A stretch of 32,000 nt of DNA from Candidatus Heimdallarchaeota archaeon B3_Heim (GTDB lineage Archaea > Asgardarchaeota > Heimdallarchaeia > Hodarchaeales > Hodarchaeaceae), in assembly GCA_003144275.1 (NCBI GenBank), contig NJBF01000035.1:1-32000 (forward strand). Direction: 5' to 3'. Positions 27,292 to 32,000 of the stretch are shown here, one piece after another; the stretch's first letter is position 1; each line of letters opens with the position of its first letter. The position numbers and the translations under genes are program-made. The notes below the pieces were generated by a model. The model was not told the origin of the DNA. It saw nothing but the letters and a program-made list of their open reading frames with translations, and ran no database searches.

Positions 27292-28089
27292 ATGACAGAT
27301 ATACACCATTACTGTAGTGCTCTACGGACTCAGAAGCAAGTATTAGATATTAGGAGTAAGCTTATCGGCTTAGTTCTTATTGTCCTTGGATGTTCATTCC
27401 TTGTTGATTTCTCTCAAGTCTCCTGGTATGCAATTCTTCTTCTCCTTCTCGTCCTCATTTTAAAGCCTCGAAAGACATTTTTAAAACAAATTGTTTTAAC
27501 ACTCCCTTTGATTATTTCACTATCACTCATTTCATTTTTTTCTTTTGATCCTCCAACTTATAGCAATTTTTTGTTTGAAGCAACACATAACAAAGTTTCA
27601 TTTGCTTTTTTTACTGCTTTTCGTAGCATTGTAATTATCTCCTACATCTTGGTGATCGTTAGTTCTGAGGAGTCATTTTTCGAAATTATTTACGGGTTAG
27701 ATGATTTAAAATTTCCAGGGTTACTTACAAACTTGTTATTTTTAACCTATCGTTTTTTTAGTCTTATCCAAGAGGAATTTTCGCGAATTTTAGATGCTCG
27801 TTCGAATCGAATGTATAGTGAGAGTCCTATCATGCAATTAAGATCATTAAAACTTATCGGTAACATTTTAGGAGCCTCACTTGCTCGATCGTTTAAACGC
27901 GCTGAATACATTTCAGCTTCGTTGTCTGCAAGAGGATTTTCAGGCACCAGTAAATTCTCTCATCCCGAAAAACCATGGACACGAAGTGGTTTCTTATTTG
28001 TTATCTTTACAACAAATATCAGCATTTTTATTGGATTTTATGGACAGAATTCACCTATTGATTTGCTTTTAGGATTGTTATTCCTATGA
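27292..28089 (+). CDS. nikQ: ECF transporter T component (NikQ/CbiQ)
   Basis: LTYRFFSLIQEE...DARSNR, RSFKRAEYISASLSARGF. Confidence 0.9.
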   Translation: MTDIHHYCSALRTQKQVLDIRSKLIGLVLIVLGCSFLVDFSQVSWYAILLLLLVLILKPRKTFLKQIVLTLPLIISLSLISFFSFDPPTYSNFLFEATHNKVSFAFFTAFRSIVIISYILVIVSSEESFFEIIYGLDDLKFPGLLTNLLFLTYRFFSLIQEEFSRILDARSNRMYSESPIMQLRSLKLIGNILGASLARSFKRAEYISASLSARGFSGTSKFSHPEKPWTRSGFLFVIFTTNISIFIGFYGQNSPIDLLLGLLFL

Positions 28090-28796
28090 AATTGGATTCA
28101 GAATACGCATTGAGTGTACGTAATTTAAGTTTTAAATATATGAAAAACCAGCCTGAGGTTTTGAGGAACATTTCTGTTAATTTTCCTCTTCATAAAATCA
28201 CAGCTATTGTCGGGCCTAATGGATCAGGTAAGACTACTCTGATGAAGCATTTTAATGGCCTTTTTTTGGCTCAAAATGGTGAAATCTTCGTAAACGGCCA
28301 AGTTCTAACTAAGAAAACTCGTAAAACCATTCAAAAACAGATTGGTATTGTTTTTCAGAATCCAGATGAACAGATTTTTTATCCAAAAGTCTATGATGAT
28401 GTGGCATTTGGCCCAAGGAATATGAACTTGAGCATAGCTGAAATCCATGAAAGAGTCGTTCAAGCTGGAAAATCAGCACATATCTCACATTTAATGGATC
28501 GAATCACTTTCAATTTGTCCTTTGGCGAAAAAAAGAAAGTAGCTTTTGCTGGTATCTTAGCTATGCGACCTGATATACTTGTATTAGATGAACCCACCAT
28601 CGGTATAGATCCATGGTCGAAAAACCATTTTATTACTCTCATCAGATCTTTTAGCCCTGAAAAAACAGTGATAGTAATAACCCATGATTTTGAAATAATG
28701 AAATTTGTTGATTACATTATACTAATAAAAGAAGGCGAAGTAAAGGGTAAGTATACTGACTTTAACTCCTTTTTTCAAGAAGAATTTGCTAATTAA
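28086..28796 (+). CDS. nikO: ECF transporter ATPase (NikO/CbiO)
   Basis: GPNGSGKTT, FQNPDEQIF, LSFGEKKK, LDEPT. Confidence 0.93.
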   Translation: MKLDSEYALSVRNLSFKYMKNQPEVLRNISVNFPLHKITAIVGPNGSGKTTLMKHFNGLFLAQNGEIFVNGQVLTKKTRKTIQKQIGIVFQNPDEQIFYPKVYDDVAFGPRNMNLSIAEIHERVVQAGKSAHISHLMDRITFNLSFGEKKKVAFAGILAMRPDILVLDEPTIGIDPWSKNHFITLIRSFSPEKTVIVITHDFEIMKFVDYIILIKEGEVKGKYTDFNSFFQEEFAN

Positions 28797-28805
28797 GGTG
28801 ATTTA

Positions 28806-29222
28806 ATGACTTTAAAAGAAATTCGTGAGACAATTACATTTTCTTGTGATCCACGATTCAAAAAATTACTCTCTACAAAGAAGCAAGAATTTGGATATCA
28901 AACCAAATCTCAAATGATACGGGATGCACTAAAATACTTTTTCGATTCAGAAAAGATGCTAGAGAAGATTTCTGATACTGATATGATCGTAACATTGATT
29001 TCAGTAATTTACAATCATCATGATTCAACTACACTAGAAGAATATTTGCGTGTACAACATCAATCTAATGTAACCTTCTCTTCACATTTTCATCTCTCCT
29101 CTGGAGACTGTATTGAAATTTTAATGATAAATGATCAAGCAAAAAACGTTAAAAAGCTAATTCAAGAGTTACGTGGCATTAATGGTTTGAAAAATATATC
29201 TTTCAAATTAAACCTTATTTAG
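28806..29222 (+). CDS. nikR: Nickel-responsive regulator
   Basis: N-terminal ribbon-helix-helix (KSQMIRDAL), YNHH, HFHLSSGDCIE (HxHx5C). Confidence 0.88.
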   Translation: MTLKEIRETITFSCDPRFKKLLSTKKQEFGYQTKSQMIRDALKYFFDSEKMLEKISDTDMIVTLISVIYNHHDSTTLEEYLRVQHQSNVTFSSHFHLSSGDCIEILMINDQAKNVKKLIQELRGINGLKNISFKLNLI

Positions 29223-29937
29223 CGGAGTTGGAGGATTTTATCTTTAAGGCTCTTCTTGAAAGCAATCGATCCAGATTCGGGAAATCTCAAAGTAATTTCT
29301 TCCCTGTTAACAAGAATTTTTCGTACTTCAATTGAAATCTTTTCTTCCTCATTCTCTATAAACGGAATGACCCGATCACGAGGAATGGATTCAAGCCCTT
29401 CAAATCCTGCTCCACTTAATGCCTGATAACTACTGACATAAACGTTTTTAATTTGTTGAACTTGTCTGATCTCATTTAATAGCATTGCAAGTCCAGAAAC
29501 AGTACAATTAGAGTTTGTGACAATAAATCCATTATTATTAAACGAATCTTGATGTGTAATGATCTCAAGATGTTTAGCATTTATTTCAGGTATTAAGATA
29601 GGAACTTTTGGTTCACAGCGATGCGCAGAAGCATTTGAGAAAACTGGTCTCCATTCTGGGCTAATTTTAACTCAATATCTTTTGCTATTGATGCAGGGAG
29701 TGCACTGAACACTATATCATAACTATTAGGGGTTAAATTACGAAGTGAACTCAATTTTAAATTAGCAAACATATCTGGAATTTCAAATGACGGCAAGTTC
29801 CATTTACTCTTGAGTGATTGACCCTCAGATTTATCTGATGCAACCACTTCTGTTAATTCAAAATATGGGTGTGTATCTAAAAGCCGTACAAATTGCTGTC
29901 CTATTAACCCTGTCCCTAATATAACGCAACGTTTCAC
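29219..29937 (-). pseudogene. asd: Aspartate-semialdehyde dehydrogenase pseudogene (frameshift plus 3' truncation)
   Basis: ILGTGLIGQQF N-terminus. A 1-nt frameshift near 29650 restores PVFSNASAHR...NSNCT (catalytic Cys)...SYQALSGAG...NEEEKI. Similarity ends after RKIL and the C-terminal RVPV/GH region is absent. Confidence 0.85.
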
Positions 29938-30114
29938 TTGTTGTACTCCTATCTTTAAGTTATTTAGCTCAATTCAACACGATCAGTTCCTAGTACAGAT
30001 ACTTAAATTAACATTTTTGTCTTCTACTTAAATATGTGGTGAATTTTTGCCTTGATGTTCGTAGAAAACAGAAATGTCTTGTATTTTCGAACAATAATTC
30101 ATACCAATAACGAT

Positions 30115-30134
30115 ATATACCAAAAACGGTATAT
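30115..30134. promoter_or_regulatory. Perfect 7-6-7 inverted repeat, candidate ArsR operator
   Basis: ATATACC-aaaaac-GGTATAT lies 17 nt before the arsM start. An imperfect copy (ataccaataacgatat) sits 16 nt upstream. Confidence 0.5.
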
Positions 30135-30151
30135 GTTTCTCCTGATGAAGC

Positions 30152-31306
30152 ATGAAAATACAAGAAGAAACTATACAACAATCATACTCTAATGCCTTGA
30201 AACGAAAGAAATACAACTCAGAGTCTTCCTGTTGTGCACCGCAGACTCAATCTCAGAGCTGTTGTCCTCCATCAACAACATCAGGCTTAAATGAACCTGT
30301 TTCATTTGGATGCATATATTTAAAGCCTATTCTGATGGATTACATTGAACAAGGAATGACTGTTATTGATTTGGGCTCAGGTGCTGGTCATGATCTCATG
30401 ATAGCAGCAGAGCTAGTAGGGCCAAATGGTAAAGCTATTGGTGTGGATTTTACTGATGATATGATTAGAGAGGCAAGGGAGAATGCCCAAAAAAATAATC
30501 ATTCTAATGTCACCTTAGTGAAGGCAAATATAAGAGATATTCCTCTTCCTGATAATAGTGCAGATGTAATTATCAGTAATTGTGTCATCAATCTTGCCTT
30601 AGATAAAAAACAGGTGTTTAATGAAGTATTCAGATTGTTAAAACCTGGTGGAATTATGATAGATGCAGATGTCATCGCAACTAAACCTTTAAGACGTGAA
30701 ATTAGAGAAAATTCCAGTCTGTGGTGTGGTTGTGTTGGAGGGGCACTTACTAAAGATGAACATAAAGAAATATTGAACAAAATAGGATTTACAAATATAT
30801 CTGTAAAACTTGGGGAAAAAGAGGAAGTTCAATTCGAAGCACCTGAACTAATAGTCGAATCTGGAATAATTCTAGCAATAAACCCGATGAGTGAGAGAAT
30901 GAAATATTCCTGTTGTAATCTTACTTCTAAGGAAGTTGAAAATCTAGCCAATCCTGAACTCCCAGATGAACTCGGGATTAGAATTTTAAAAACTGTAGGT
31001 CATCCTTTAAGATTAAAAATCCTGCGTCTACTCTTAAATCAGCAAGAATTATGTACTTGCGATTTAACTTCGGTGTTTGAAGAACAACAACCAATTATTA
31101 CGAAGCAATTGGCAAGATTAAAGGAGGAAAATTTGATAATTGGACGTAAGATAACTTTTAGTAAAGAAGGATTGATGGAATCAAAACTAAATGGAAAATG
31201 GACTGCCTATCGGATCAACCCTGATAAACATGAATTCCTAACCCATCTTCTTTCTCCTTTTATTTCATCTCCGCAAAAGCGAGCAGAGAATAGGTGTGAC
31301 TGTTGA
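30152..31306 (+). CDS. arsM: Arsenite methyltransferase fused to a C-terminal ArsR/SmtB regulator
   Basis: SFGC, DLGSGAG, VGPNGKAIGVD, SNCVINL, WCGCVGGA (ArsM), then GHPLRLKIL, ELCTCDL, GKWTAY (ArsR winged HTH). Confidence 0.85.
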   Translation: MKIQEETIQQSYSNALKRKKYNSESSCCAPQTQSQSCCPPSTTSGLNEPVSFGCIYLKPILMDYIEQGMTVIDLGSGAGHDLMIAAELVGPNGKAIGVDFTDDMIREARENAQKNNHSNVTLVKANIRDIPLPDNSADVIISNCVINLALDKKQVFNEVFRLLKPGGIMIDADVIATKPLRREIRENSSLWCGCVGGALTKDEHKEILNKIGFTNISVKLGEKEEVQFEAPELIVESGIILAINPMSERMKYSCCNLTSKEVENLANPELPDELGIRILKTVGHPLRLKILRLLLNQQELCTCDLTSVFEEQQPIITKQLARLKEENLIIGRKITFSKEGLMESKLNGKWTAYRINPDKHEFLTHLLSPFISSPQKRAENRCDC

Positions 31307-31344
31307 TATTTTAAATTTACAATTAACGGTGGATTCATGAAGGA

Positions 31345-31394
31345 ATATACCCTGGTATATATTTTTGTAATCTAAACCAGCCATGGACGACATT
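31345..31394 (+). repeat. CCAGCC-core site 7
   Basis: ATATAC-cctg-GTATAT, atttttgtaatctaaa, CCAGCC, atggacgacatt. Confidence 0.8.
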
Positions 31395-31540
31395 TTTCTT
31401 CCGTAATCAATCACTTCTTTTCCGAGATCTACTATCTTTCATATCTTCTTAATTTTCATATTAGTAGTAATCAAAAAAATTAGTAGATTTTAAAAAATAA
31501 AGTATTCTTTATATAATCACCAGAATAGAGTTGAATCGCA

Positions 31541-32000
31541 ATGAAAAATCTTTTAGATGGTATTGAAGAGATTTTATTAATGGGTCCAGGGCCTTCACAC
31601 GTCCCTCCTGAAATATATGATGCAATGACTCGCAAAACCCTAGGTTATCTCGATCCCTACTTTATTGAAATCATGGATGATATCCAGATTCTATTAAGAA
31701 AATTACTGAATACAAAGAATACGGTGACTTTTCCTGTATCAGGTACTGGTTCTTCGGGAATGGAAACTTGTTTTGTAAATTTGATCGAACCCAAAGATTC
31801 AGTCCTCATATTGGTGAACGGTGTTTTTGGAAAACGAATGATTGAAGTGGCCTCAAGACTTAGAGCTCATGTTACTCCCATTGAATTTGAATGGGGGACA
31901 CCGATATTAGAAGAAAAAGTTGAAACAGAGATTTTCAAACAGGATTACAAGATTGTTGCAGCTGTGCATGCAGAAACATCAACAGGTGTTAAAAATCCCA
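31541..32000 (+). CDS. Alanine--glyoxylate/serine--pyruvate aminotransferase family (class V PLP), runs off the window end
   Basis: Hand translation: LLMGPGPS...SGTGSSGME...NGVFGKRM...VHAETSTGV. It is not in the ORF track because it is incomplete. Confidence 0.9.
   Translation, partial: MKNLLDGIEEILLMGPGPSHVPPEIYDAMTRKTLGYLDPYFIEIMDDIQILLRKLLNTKNTVTFPVSGTGSSGMETCFVNLIEPKDSVLILVNGVFGKRMIEVASRLRAHVTPIEFEWGTPILEEKVETEIFKQDYKIVAAVHAETSTGVKNP

Noticed and set aside
16546-30780. ORFs 16546-16884, 18010-18447, 23219-23410, 25393-25626, 27747-27947, 27881-28072, 28460-28642, 30028-30216 and 30499-30780
   Set aside because: They are alternative-frame or antisense overlaps of confidently assigned genes or their promoters.
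9763-31394. CCAGCC repeats as a CRISPR array
   Set aside because: Spacing is 1.4-6.3 kb with whole genes between copies, and there are no cas genes.

Overview
This AT-rich window is archaeal, most likely Asgard (Heimdall/Hodarchaeales-like). That assignment is inferred from a stand-alone gelsolin domain, a C3HC4 RING protein, an ISH3-type IS, an archaeal-type RNase P RNA fragment and a tRNA gene without encoded CCA. In order it holds: (1) ~0.7 kb of bacterial-looking DNA with an orphan antitoxin; (2) a minus-strand sugar-tailoring operon (NDP-sugar epimerase, GT4, two twitch-type radical SAM enzymes, WG-repeat protein, NodU/TobZ-type carbamoyltransferase, histidine phosphatase, truncated methyltransferase fused to an MNT domain); (3) a nuclease-rich patch (NYN RNase, tRNA-like gene with an extended anticodon arm, HEPN protein, PD-(D/E)XK protein); (4) a complete ISH3-like IS; (5) several truncated gene remnants, including the 3' half of RNase P RNA; (6) two ABC exporter operons, a truncated VWA/CLCA-like surface protein, endonuclease V, an iodotyrosine-deiodinase homolog, a Ni/Co ECF transporter with NikR, an asd pseudogene, an ArsM-ArsR fusion and the start of a class V aminotransferase. 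The strongest unexplained signal is seven co-oriented intergenic sites with an invariant CCAGCC core and ~12-bp arms that separate functional modules. They have recombination-site geometry, but no recombinase is present in the window. All family assignments come from motif recognition, not database searches.
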